Shown: positions 28,180-41,079, numbered from the stretch's first letter. The stretch: 64,000 nucleotides of DNA from Chrysomallon squamiferum (GCA_012295275.1 CM022669.1:7750001-7814000); one strand, 5' to 3'. Program-made: numbers and translations. Notes: generated by a model not told the origin, from the letters alone.

Positions 28180-29040
28180 GTCTCAGTATCCTCGTATTTT
28201 CATTCTTCCATTCTGATTGCCTCTCCAGTTTATTGACCACTTGCCCGTCTGCCCAGTAAATATAGCAGACGACTAGAGTTGTGAGCAGACGCCAGCCCAG
28301 TGCTACCAACAGACAACCAATAACTGGTAGATCTCTGCCCACTCTGGTTTCAGTATTGATGTATGCTTCTCGGACATGTATTTGCTGGCTGAGTTCTACT
28401 GGTATGAATGGCAGTTGTGATATGCAGAGACTATGAGCGTAAGAAAAATATTTTAATACCAACATGAATGGTTCGTGTGCTATGGGCTGTGAGAATAAAC
28501 AAAACATAGCTGAGGCAGGTCTTTTGTTGTGTCAAGACAGTTATGAATGAGGACAGAGTTTAGTTCTCCGAGGTAAGTCTCTTCATTACGTAAGGATTTA
28601 AAAAGAGGATGGTTTTGTAAAAGATGACAAAAAAAAAAATACAAAACTGATTATGTTCGGCTCAGTGTTTACTGGCCTTTTATAGTTCACTGCAATGATG
28701 GGGCAAAAGAAAAAAATCATCATAACAAAATTACAACTATCGAGAGTATAGATTGAAAAAAGAAAAAAAAAAGAGAAAAAAATTGGAATATTAAAACTCA
28801 CACACAAATGCATGTCGGCATCAAGCAGAATAAATCAATCACTGACGAGGTTATTAGAGAGTGTTAAAGAGTTGTTGGGACAGCCGCTGTGTGTCGCAGG
28901 TAAACAACAAGTCAGCCGTGACTGCAGCAGCGCAGTGAAAAAGAAGAAATCAGTGTGTTGATGATAGCGACCAGTTCACTACACACGCCACACACTGGAG
29001 AATACCTTTAAACTTTGATGTAACAGGATACGTTGGGTCG
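28180..29040 (+). promoter_or_regulatory. Possible internal promoter/5'UTR region for isoform C
   Basis: Complex, GC-richer, CpG-containing intronic stretch around the 28572 donor, in an otherwise CpG-poor background. No core promoter motif identified. Confidence 0.35.
28547..28572 (+). CDS. Candidate start exon for isoform C (MRTEFSSP-R)
   Basis: ATG at 28547, 8 codons + 2 nt, consensus GAG|GTAAGT donor (phase 2). Joins acceptor cttcAG|A at 29529 in frame (R-W-K-N-K-M-S-E-L). Confidence 0.45.
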
Positions 29041-29528
29041 TTTTGTGAGAATATTAAATGTTTAAAACATTGTGTATTAAACATGTCAGATATTACTATG
29101 TATTAATGATTTCATAATTCACTGTATATTAAACAGTGTTACATAATGTAATGTATAATCATCAAAAAACTGTGAACTAAAGAATAATGTGTATTATATA
29201 ATCAAATTCATGATGTCTTGGATTTGCTCTGTTAGGTAAAGGATATGTGTTATGTATTATGGTTTAACATCATGTTCCACATAACACTGTGATGTAATGT
29301 ATTATACTGAGTAATAGTGACAAATGCTATCACAGTTTGAAGGATTACAGTAAGAAGACCATACAACAGAATTTGCTCAGAAAAGATTGTTTTTGTAAAT
29401 GGATTGTTTGCCACAGTCTTGTCAACAATACATTGATAGTAAATGAGTAAAATGTATGTGATTGAAATTGAATAATATATATATAGAGACAAGACAGCAC
29501 TTACCTTATTAACTGCTGTAATCTTCAG

Positions 29529-30132
29529 ATGGAAAAATAAAATGAGTGAACTTTCTCCATTCCGAAAGTACATCAGCAACATTCTTCACCGAAAGTTCAA
29601 GAAAAAGGAAAAACTTTCAGACACAAAGGAACGCGACTCAGTGAGCGACTCCTTGGAAAACCTGCTCAGCGTCGCGTCCAGTGTGCCCCCCCCCCCCCCC
29701 AGGCCCTCCCAGGACGACATCGACGAGTTCCAGTCATCCACCGAGTATCTGGCATCATCATCAGCATCACCACCAGTTGTCCGCGGAGACCAGAGCGGTG
29801 ATGATGCTAGTGACGATGCTGAAGACAGAAGGGAGATTGAAGAGTTTGCTGCGTCGGTTCTTCACTCGGACGTCTCTTCGTCTCCCACACGCGGCAGTGG
29901 TGGCGGCAGGCACAGGCGACGGCAGCCGCGGGCGAAGTTGTCACCAGCGGCGAGGTCTGTCAGTCAGACGAGTGATAAGGAGTCGGATTTCGATGACGAT
30001 GGAAGTGGACAGCGGAGCGAGCGACTGAGTCTGAGCGCCAGAACAAACAGTGCTGTGTTCAACCTGTCCGAGGATGACAGCGAATATTACAGTTTTGGTA
30101 GAAGACCTCCGCCTGTGTCTGTTTATAGACAG
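29529..30132 (+). CDS. MCTP1: Putative alternative N-terminal exon C (Ser/Asp/Arg-rich, disordered; internal ATG at 29542)
   Basis: 197 open codons from ATG 29542 to CAG|GTAATT donor (phase 0). Markedly GC- and CpG-rich relative to flanks. Upstream acceptor atcttcAG at 29528. Confidence 0.8.
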
Positions 30133-30149
30133 GTAATTCAACCACACAG

Positions 30150-30194
<45 letters not shown>

Positions 30195-30210
30195 TCTTCT
30201 TCTTCTTATC

Positions 30211-30258
<48 letters not shown>

Positions 30259-31522
30259 TTTTAAATTTTTATTATTATTATATGTTTAATGAATAAAATA
30301 ATGGTGAGATAACAACAAGGTGAAATCTTACTGTCAAGAACTGTAATATGAGTAAATCTGTAACTTTTTAAATTTTCATTAATGTATTAGTACACATACA
30401 CTAGTATACAAAATACATTACATCCACAGATGTATACATTAAAAACACATTTGCATACAAGTACAAAAGTATATATACATATTCAATGAGTATTTTTTTT
30501 TAAATTTAAACACTGGCAATATAATATATTATTATGGACAAATGGTACAGCATTAAAGAGCAAAAAGAGAGAGAGAGAAACAATTGTGTTGGTGTTGTCA
30601 CAACCAGTAAATGAATAGTTCACACATATCACAGGAAAACTGTATTGAATTCATCCTTTTGTCAAAGCAGCATTAACAGAATGTTATATCTGTTGTTAAA
30701 GATTTTAAGTTACATTAATGTTTCCCATTCTAACCACTGCTGGTGATCAGGAAAATGTGGCTACTTTTTCAAAAAAAGTTCTTAGTGGTGAATGTTTTAT
30801 TTTTACAGTAGCTGATGGTTAAACAATTTTCAGTTTTTTCCTGTGTTAACAACAAAAAAAACAAAAAACATATTTTCATTAATGATTTTCATACAGTGTT
30901 AAAAAAGATATAAATATTATATATTGCTAATATTTATCTCATTTTTTTTTTTTATCAGTTAATCCTTTCTGTGTAAGCATGGTAATTAAAATTCATACTT
31001 ATTGTCTTAAATGAAGTAAAGTTGCAAGGAAGCTTGCTAATTACATTTGTATTGTCTGTCTGTATAGTAGGCTTATTGCACATTTCCTCAGAATTTCCAG
31101 TCTGACATGATTTTTAAAAAATAATTTGTGACACACATAAATGTGATATGGTAAGAATAAATTGGCTGGCTAGGTGTATTTTATGCTTTTTCTTGAAATA
31201 TCTTAAGCTGGATTGGATTTCTGCTCTGATGGGGAGGATTGCCGTAGCATTTAAATTATTTGTGTGTTGAGTTTTTATTCTGAAAACACAAACTGAAAAG
31301 TTTTATGAGTTTTCTTTTATTACTGGGGTTTTTTTTTGCCTTCTTGTTGGGTTTTTTCACTCTTTTTTTTTTCTCTTTTGAATAATAGACCTAATTTGTT
31401 TTTTTCTTCTTTTTTTTTAAATATATTATAACAAGCATTTTATATGTATTATTCATGAATATGTGTTTTATTTATGTATATGTGGGAGAGAGAGAGAAAG
31501 TTCAAGGATGTCTGTTTGATGA

Positions 31523-31526
<4 letters not shown>

Positions 31527-31575
<49 letters not shown>
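31527..31575. repeat. (GA)n microsatellite
   Basis: Pure GA run. Confidence 0.95.
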
Positions 31576-31577
<2 letters not shown>

Positions 31578-32303
31578 CTTAGGAACAGTAGGACTTGTGT
31601 TCTGCAAGAAGAGCAGTGAGTTGAAATTATCCAATCAGACAGTCAGTCATGCCAACATTTGTTTAATTTGGAGAAAAGGCTCAGGGAAACAATCACAAAA
31701 AAAAATGCTGCAAATCTTCAAATTTTTTCACTGCCGCATTCACAATAAAACAACATTTTAGTGACCGACCTGAAAACCCTTCTTGATATTTTTTGCACAT
31801 GAAGTGTAACGGGGGAGAGGCATTTGTTATTTTTACAGATTACAAAGTGGACTTACAGCTTTCCTTTACTTGATGAAAATTACTGCAAATGTCTTGGTAC
31901 ATTTCATTTAGCAGATGGTGGTAGGCAGAAGTCTTTGTCATATAATCATTTCTTCCTGGTGCTCACTTTGTTTTTATATCCCATTCTAACCAGATTTAAT
32001 TATTATTACATATCATTCATTGAGCAGGTAGTAGGAACTAATCCTCTCTCTCAGATAGGTAACATAACCATTTCTTCCTGGTGCATTCTTTGTATTTATA
32101 TCCCATGCCAACCAGTTTTTCATACTGTATATCATCCATTAATGTTTTGGTATATCAAAGACTGAGGTAAGTTCTGTCTGTTAGTGTACATATAAGATTA
32201 TCAGTGTTTTATCTTTAAAATCTGTAATTGGATCAGAATGACTAATAATGAGATAAATATGTTTAATTTTTCATTTTAACTAGTTAGAATTGATTGATCT
32301 TAA

Positions 32304-32340
<37 letters not shown>

Positions 32341-33055
32341 TAAATAGATAGATAAGAGGTGGTACATATTATCTTGTAACTGAAGGTATATTTTGTGATG
32401 ATCAGGAAGTGTAACACAAAGTATGTCAGTGAATGTCTTTTCTTTTTCTTTTTTCTTTTTTTTTAACCTCAATTTTAATATTATATGAATCACCAGCTAT
32501 TTTATAAGTTGAGTTATCAATCAAATATTTATTCATTTATTCAGTATCACAATGAAATAAATAAACACAGAAACACAGCATGTGTGTGTGTGTGTGTTAA
32601 AAATGTGTGTGTGCAGGTCCAAACATATGTATACAAAATTAAAACTACAGAATGATAGTTATGAACTAAAAAGTTCACACACCCAGTGCGACAGTAATAA
32701 AACACCTGATATTTAGTAATGGCTGCTGTATTAAATACAATAATTACATACACTGCCTCACTTAAATGTAACCAGATCATTCATAAATGTTTTAAATGTT
32801 TGCTAATTAAATAGTATTTTAAATATGTGCTATAAAAACAGATATTTGAATGTTTAAAATGTGTTTTTATAAAACAAATAGTTTCAGCTGTGAAACAGTG
32901 TTGTAAATGTTTGGTTATGATATATATATATAACTTTTACTATTTAAATAATCATTTAAAGGATGTTACACAGATAATGACAAAATATTTCAAAATACTT
33001 CTGTGATTTAAACAATGTTTTAATATATAATACCCCACAGTAAAACAAATATTTA

Positions 33056-33091
<36 letters not shown>

Positions 33092-33134
33092 TTCTAAATG
33101 TATATGCTGTTATAAATTGATGTAACTTTCAAGT

Positions 33135-33285
33135 ATTTAAATATTTTCCAGTGTCCTATGTGATAAAATACAGCTGTCAATTATTTAAATATTTTCCAAT
33201 ATGCTTTGTGATAAATACAGTTTTGAGTTATTTAAATATTTTCCAATGTGCTACGTGATAAATACAGTTTTGAGTTATTTAAACA
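33135..33285. repeat. ~49-bp tandem repeat, about three copies
   Basis: ttatttaaatattttccaat...gtgataaatacagttttgag recurs. Confidence 0.8.
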
Positions 33286-33754
33286 ATGTTTCAGTAAAGA
33301 TATTTTCTTTCAGCTGATATTCAGTTTGTTATTTCAACTTGTTATAAACAAATATTTGTTTCACTGTATATGAAAACAAAATGGTTTTGTTTTCTTTCCA
33401 GAAATGAAAATATCAGTGACACATGAAGTATGTATGAGAATGTGATTGTTAACAAAATGAAGATATTTATCAGTATTTAAAATATGTAAGATTAAAATAA
33501 GAATTTTTCATGACATGTGTGTATGTTTGTGTTGTAGTTGTTGTTGTTATTTTTATTTTTATTATTACTATTATTTTATAGATAGAGAACTAAATGAGTG
33601 CATATTTACTGCATGATAACTCTGTATGTTTTTATGTAGTAAAAATCACATGAAACTCATTGCTGGCACTTTTTGTGGAGATTTGGTTAGAATTGGAAAA
33701 GAACAGGAACTAAGCCAGTTACTTATCCTGTGTTAAATCAGGATTCTATTTCTC

Positions 33755-33796
<42 letters not shown>

Positions 33797-35409
33797 GAAA
33801 TGTGTTGTGGGAAATAAAGTATGAAGTTGATTTTTTTTCTCCGTTTATTTCTGATAATAATTTTGCCAGCAGTATAAGCAAATGTAACTGTGGAATTGTG
33901 TTAACTACTCATTAATCTTATGTGTTATTATTTATTTAAATTTTGACTGCTTACAGATTTTTATAGTTATTTGTTTAAATTTATCTTATTGAATTTTTCA
34001 CTTTTATTTATTTAAATTTATCTATTTTAGCTTTTTTTAATCTTTGTGTGTCAGTGTGCATGTGTGTGTGTGTGTCTGTGTGCAGATTCAGTTTTTTTTT
34101 TTTTTTTGTTTTTGCAGCTTTAAATGATTTATTTTTCTGACAGCTCTCAACATTACTGCTGAGTATTACATTAGAATTATTTGCTGTTAAAACATTAATA
34201 ATTTCTGTGATAGTGAAGAAGAGATTTTGTCAATATCATGAATAACATAACAATTTTATAATAACTAAGTAATTACTACAGATCACTTACAAAACACTAG
34301 TGAGTGATCTTATAAACAAATTGATGCTTGTCACTTTAAACACAGACACATAAATAAATGTCACTGAACAAATTTATATCTCTTACTTCTGTCATATTAA
34401 ATATCTCTCAGATCATTATTAGAGTTACTGAGCTAGATACAAATAACATCCAACACATTATTTATTTATTTATTTCATTTACTAATGTAGCCACAATGAT
34501 TTAATAAATAGCAATTATTAAACATTACTGAGGTGAAAATGACTATATATAAAAACAAAAATGAATAAAAAGGTATAATAATTGCCAATAACAAGATCAT
34601 AAAGAGATTTAATATCGGATAACATCAAACGAAAACAAAAAATAAAATAAAATAAAATGTCCTAACATTGCTGAACTAACACATAAAAACGAATGTTTGG
34701 TGTTTTTTTGTTTTTCTCTGAAAATACATTAATATTTGTTTTTTTTCTGATACCAGCCTTGAGATCAGTGCTTCATCTGATGTCACAAAGTAAACTAACA
34801 TCCTCTGGGATTTTCCAGTTCTTAAAAGGTGTCTAGCACTTCATCTTGTATGAATCTAAGCCAGTCTCAGAATAAAAAGATTTAAAAACACTGCTCTGAG
34901 CAAAGCTCAAAGGAAACAGCAATTGGTCAGCTGGTCAGTTGTATTTATCTGTAACAAATGGCCAGTGCATGATTCTAGTTCAGAGATAAATCATACTGAC
35001 ATGAACTGTGCCATCAAGGAGTCAAAAACTTCACTTTCAGTTGTAACTAATGACCGCTAGTGCTCTACAGAACTGTTACACTAACACGCACTAACACACA
35101 CATAAGGGAGTTATAACACTGCCTGCAGTTTAATATGGATTTACAATTATAAAATATTAATGTGGTGTGGGAATTGTCTTCGAACTACAGAAATAATGTT
35201 ATTACTTGTTCACTTTGTTCAGGGGGGGAAATAATTTTAAGTCAGATTTATAGATTAGTAGAACGGATTTGTTATTCAGATTATTTTCAACCTCTGCTGT
35301 GTATTTAATGGTAGATGAAATTGATAAAATGAAGTTCACAGTAAATTAAAGTCTCCGAGCTTTGAAATCCATAATCTCTGTCCCGTTTTGTAATATATCA
35401 TTATGTGTG

Positions 35410-36322
35410 GATGAAGTAACATTACCAGTGTGTTTGTAGACAGGTGAAATATCATTACCAATGTGTTTGTAGACTGATGAAGTAACATTACCAGTGTGTT
35501 TGTAGACTGATGAAGTAACATTACCAGTGTGTTTGTAGATAAAGTAACATTACCAATGTGTTTGTAGATAGATGAAGTATCATTACCAGTGTGTTTGTAG
35601 ACAGATGAAGTAACATTACCAGTGTGTTTGTAGATAGATGAAGTAACATTACCAGTGTGTTTGTAGATAGATGAAGTAATATTACCAGTTTGTAGACAGA
35701 TGAAGTAACATTACCAGTGTTTGTAGACAGATGAAGTTTCATTACCAGTGTTTGTAGATAAAGTAACATTACCAGTGTGTTTGTAGACAGATGAAGTTTC
35801 ATTACCAGTGTTTGTAGATAAAGTAACATTACCAGTGTGTTTGTAGACAGATGAAGTTTCATTACCAGTGTTTGTAGATAAAGTAACATTACCAGTGTGT
35901 TTGTAGACAGATGAAGTTTCATTACCAGTGTTTGTAGATAAAGTAACATTACCAGTGTGTTTGTAGACAGATGAAGTTTCATTACCAGTGTTTGTAGATA
36001 AAGTAACATTACCAGTGTGTTTGTAGACAGATGAAGTTTCATTACCAGTGTTTGTAGATAAAATAACATTACCAGTGTGTTTGTAGATAAAGTAACATTA
36101 CCAGTGTGTTTGTAGATAGATGAAGTAACATTACCAGTGTGTTTGTAGATAAAGTAACATTACCAGAGTGTTTGTAGATAAAGTAACATTACCAGAGTGT
36201 TTGTAGATAAAGTAACATTACCAGTGTGTTTGTAGATAAAGTAACATTACCAGTGTGTTTGTAGATAAAGTAACATTACCAGAGTGTTTGTAGATAGATG
36301 AAGTATCATTACCAGTGTGTTT
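35410..36322. repeat. Minisatellite (AAGTAACATTACCAGTGTGTTTGTAGA core) with 60-bp higher-order unit
   Basis: 27-33 bp monomers. 35761-36060 is five identical 60-mers. Confidence 0.97.
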
Positions 36323-37392
36323 ATAAACAAATGACTACCTTGTATGATTGGATCTAAAGTAAGAGAGAGGTCACTGAATGACTTCTGGCTATTTCCAAAG
36401 AAGTGCAATGTTTCACAGTTTGCTTATCTTACTAAAGCTTATTAATCACACACACACACACATACACACATGCACACACACACACACACACACACAGACT
36501 GAGAGATATATGTGACAATGACATATTAAAATGTTCATAATATAAAAACAAGTGTCTCAGTGGTGTTGAGGTTTATCTGTTTCTGCTGGTTACACACAAG
36601 TGGTTTTTTTCCTCCAGCTGTTACTGCCTAGTCTCTTCAGCTGTGTGTGGAGGTAGATACTTGTTTTTACTAATGTAAACTGTAGTAGATAAAGCCATCT
36701 AAAGTAATTGTGAAAAAATTAAAATAAAATAAAAATAGTTAATGAATTAACATTTTAATAGACAAGGTGTTAATTCGTATATTAAGTTATTATTAAATAA
36801 TTATTATTTTTCTTTTGTGTTCTTACTGTTATTATGGAGCAGAGTTGTTTAAATGTTATTTTTTATTTGAGCATTATTAGTTGTAAAATACATTTATGGT
36901 ATACTTAATGATATTAAAATATTATTTTAATAAATAAAGTAGTGAACATTTCTTTTTTTTTAAATTAAAGGTTTGTTAATTTAATTATATATGGTGAAAA
37001 TTCCTTATCCAAAATAGTTTGTACTGGAAGTTTATTGGATTTCAGAATTGTTTTAATTTTGCAATATTTCAAGAAAAGTTGAGAAAGAGACCCAGGTCTA
37101 AATATAACCAAAATTTTTGTTTTAAATTCTTATAAAACAAAAAAGAAAAACAATGACAAAACAAGCAGTATTATATTTCTATATAGCTTGAAAGTAATTT
37201 TGTAAATTATTCATCACAATTTTATGCATGCAAAAAATATTTGTGTACAATGAGCTAAACAATTAGCTATACTCCAACTTTAAAACAAATGAAAAATATT
37301 TCAGAATATTTTCTTTTATAAAAGATACATATCCTGTATAAAATTATGAAAAAATATTTTTTTAATTCTCTGAATTTATATTGAAATTTTGT

Positions 37393-37463
<71 letters not shown>

Positions 37464-39179
37464 TATTATTATTATTATTATTATTTAGTTATTTACTTTT
37501 TGTATTATTTTATTGATTTTCTTTTATTAATTTTTTTTTTTTAAAGTTTTTATTGTTTTAATGATTATTTTATTTATTATACTGTTGATTTAATTAGATA
37601 ATAAAACTCATTGATCTGGAAAAGTTGAAGGTTGATTTGTCGCGTTAACTTTGTTTTCGACAAGATATAATCAGATAATTCAAAACAAGTATTAACTGAA
37701 CACAGTAGTACCAGAATACATACTATCTTTATTCATCACTGGATCTTGTTTTTCTCCAGAGACCAGTACCACATAAACAGTGGCAGCACATTCTTCATTA
37801 TTCTACAAATTGTCTAATACCCAGGCCCGGTCTTGTGGTCTACAAGATGAATGCAGGTTTTATTCACAATTCTCAAGACACCAGTGCTAGTATATAGTTC
37901 ATTGACAGCTGATAAGCTTATAAACTTAATTTTGTTTGTTTTGAGGTAAAATAAGCTTATAAATGTAATTTTAATGATTTTGGTTTTATTTTTTATTTTT
38001 CTTCTTCTTATTTCTTTTAATATAACGAATGAATGAACTTACAAATTAATATTTTATTCTGTGTATCATTTATAAAGCAGACAACATCTTTTTTTTTAGT
38101 TTTCTCTCTTTTCTGATTATACATTTTGTTTTTATTTGTGTTATAAAGTAACCAGTTTAAAAATTCAGGTATGAAACTATTTTTATTCTTTTAAGATCTA
38201 AAAAGGTAATGTTTTATTATTTTTTTTTTTCATATTTTTATTTGTTAGAAATGTAATTAGTTTATAAGTTTAAGTTTTTATACTTTTTCAAAATATATAT
38301 AATTAAAAGAATTATCAAATATTTTAAAAAAAAATTTTTTATTCTTTATCAAATTTATTAAAATAGAATACATTTTGTTTTCTAAATTAATTTTTTTTTA
38401 TTTCATGATGAAATTATAAGCTTACCATTCTTATTTTAGTTCTTTATGATTATAAAATCAGTCATTATAGTTTCTTTTCTAACTGGGTACAAATACTGAA
38501 TTGATTTATGGATTAGTTGAAAGTGTTGGGAGGTAATTAATTAATTCACCTGTCAAAAAACCTGTATTGGTGTCTTTATTAGCAGAGCTGAGGAAAGTGC
38601 AAATTAGGCAGCTTCATCTTTATAATTTGAACCTTTCAAAGTGAGCTAAGAATGGCTTCTCTTTCAAAATGGCTTTAAAATTGTTTTATTATTTACTTAC
38701 TGATTTATTTTAAATATTTATTTATTAGTGGTATTTTTATCATCATCATTATCATTTTCATTATAAATATCATCTTCATCATACCATCATTTTGAGGTGA
38801 CAGTTTATGTTAAAATAAATGCTGCTGTCTGACAGAGGCTTTAGAGGTATGTAGAAAGTGATTGATTTTTCTGCATTGTTTGGTTACAGTCTGTACTCAG
38901 TGACTCGGTACATGACCACAATCATTAAATGATATGATAATATTTTTAATATAGTTTGCAGCTGTAGTTTGTCCTTTTTTTTCTTTTTTAATATATTGAT
39001 GTATAAAGTTTTTTTGTTTTTTTGCAGTAATAATGGAAGCATGATTTTGCACTGATCCTTTAAATACAGTTTTGCAGAGATACCTGAAGAACTGTTTTTC
39101 TTGGTTTTTGAAGTATTTTGCACTGTTTCTGAGGTATTTTGCAGTAACATTTGAAATAATATTTTGAAGTTGAGTTGAT

Positions 39180-39440
39180 ATATCAGCATTGTTTTGCAGT
39201 GATATTTCACTTTTGTTTTTGCATTGATATTTCAGTTTTGTTTTTGCAGTGATATTTCAGTTTTGTTTTGCAGTTATATTTCAGTATGGTTTTGCAGTTA
39301 TATTTCAGTATTGTTTTGCAGTGATATTTCAGTTTCGTCTTGCAATGGATATTTCAGTACTTTTTTTGCAGTGATATTTAAGTTCATTTTAGCATTGATA
39401 TTTAAAATTTGTTTTATAGCAATATTTCAGTTTTGTTTTG
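39180..39440. repeat. ~24-bp minisatellite (GCAGTGATATTTCAGTTTTGTTTT)
   Basis: About ten degenerate tandem units. Confidence 0.88.
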
Positions 39441-41079
39441 TATTATTTAGCAGTGTTGAAGTGTCATTTACAGTTATTTTGTAATTATCATATTGGTGCT
39501 GAGGTACAACACTGATACTGAAGTATCATTTATGGCAGTGATGACATATCAGTTATATTGTAATGTTATTTACTGAGGTATTAAGTACAGAGATGTTTGG
39601 TTTATTATTTATAATGACATTGTTTTATACTGATACTTTAATTTATTACACAAGACTCAGGTTGATGTGTTATTTGCAATTCTGTTTGAAGTAGGTACAC
39701 AGTGGTAATTGTAATCATCCATTTGCAGTGTTAGTTACATGGCTGTTATGTTTAATTCATACTCAAAACATTTGTTGTATTTTTTTCATCCTCAATGGAT
39801 TTTTTCCCACAGTAATTTGTGTGTAGGAGGAAAAGTTAAGAGTAATCTTTTTTTTTTTTTTTTATAAAAAATTTTAATTTTTTATATTTTTTCATCTGTT
39901 AAAATCTTAGTATATAACCCAAACAGGTAAAATAAAATGCATATCCATATATATAAAGTTATTATACTAAAAACAGTGAAGTGTGTTGCTAAATCAAAAC
40001 AAGTAATTAAATACTGTGCCTTCTTATCTGACACTGATCAGATGAGGCTTCGCCAGAACTGTGAGTTTCCTTCACTATAAAATCATATCACATTTAATGT
40101 CACATCCACAACACCAGAGCATCCTGTATCTGTCCTTGCTGATCACCATTAGTGTTATAAATTTTTTTTTTTACAGCAATCACAACATCATTTATTTTGG
40201 CAGATATCCTGTATAAAAATTCTGAAAAAAAAAAAGAAAAAAAAAAAAAAAAAAAAAAGATGAAATAATTCCAGATCTTAATCGCTGAAATGGAAATCTG
40301 TTGAAATCTGAGACATTGTCAGTGTGAGAATTATTTCCCTGTCCTACTACTGCACATCAGCTCATTGATTTTTACAAGTGTAGTTTAAACTGAAAAATAA
40401 CCCAGCACTGCTACATAGTTTTTATAGTTTAAAACAATAAATGTATGAAAAAAGGGTTATAAAATGACAAGATGACTTGATACAATTTTTAATAAATTCA
40501 ATTTTATTATTTTTTCTGTTTATTGTGAATATATATATTTGTGTGTGTATGTGTATGTGTGTGTGTGTAATAAAAATATTAAAAATAATACTAGTATATA
40601 CAAATTAAAAAAATATGTATATATGTACATATGTATGCACCTGCACACACACACACACACACACACACACCCACACACACACACCCACACACACACAACA
40701 CACACTGTTGTATATATATATATATATAACTGTATTATTACTGGTATATTTTTACAAGTTTGATGATGCAGGTGTTACTGATAATTTCTAAATAAACCTG
40801 TCGGGCTAAACGAAGCATAACAGCAAATGTTACTTCAGAGGTGTGTGTGAAAACCAGGTGGAAAAAAGAAACATGTCAGAAAATCAATTTGTTCAGATGT
40901 CACATGGAAATCATTTCCATACACTGGATACACTGGAATCAACTACATCAGTTTTTAACTACAGTTTTTGGTTTAAGTCATGTGTGATGAGGTGGAAATG
41001 GTAGGTGATTTTTTTTTTTTTTTTGGTTTTTTTTGGTTTAGTTTTTAAATACAAACTAATTAACTGTATCTGTGATCTC

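Noticed and set aside
29681-30147. Overlapping ORFs 29681..30028 (+) and 29941..30147 (-)
   Set aside because: Shadow frames of GC-rich exon C.
30133-30264. Poly-Leu/Ile 'transmembrane' tail of ORF 29542..30264
   Set aside because: Read-through past the donor into (ATT)n; similar tails occur at 26183, 44028 and 58709.
35336-36069. Minus-strand 182-aa and 61-aa repetitive ORFs
   Set aside because: Direct translation of the minisatellite; monomers with lengths divisible by 3 keep the frame open by chance.
35410-36322. CRISPR-like periodicity (also 41080-41450 and 48325-48892)
   Set aside because: Units are head-to-tail with no unique spacers, there are no cas genes, and the context is a eukaryotic intron.
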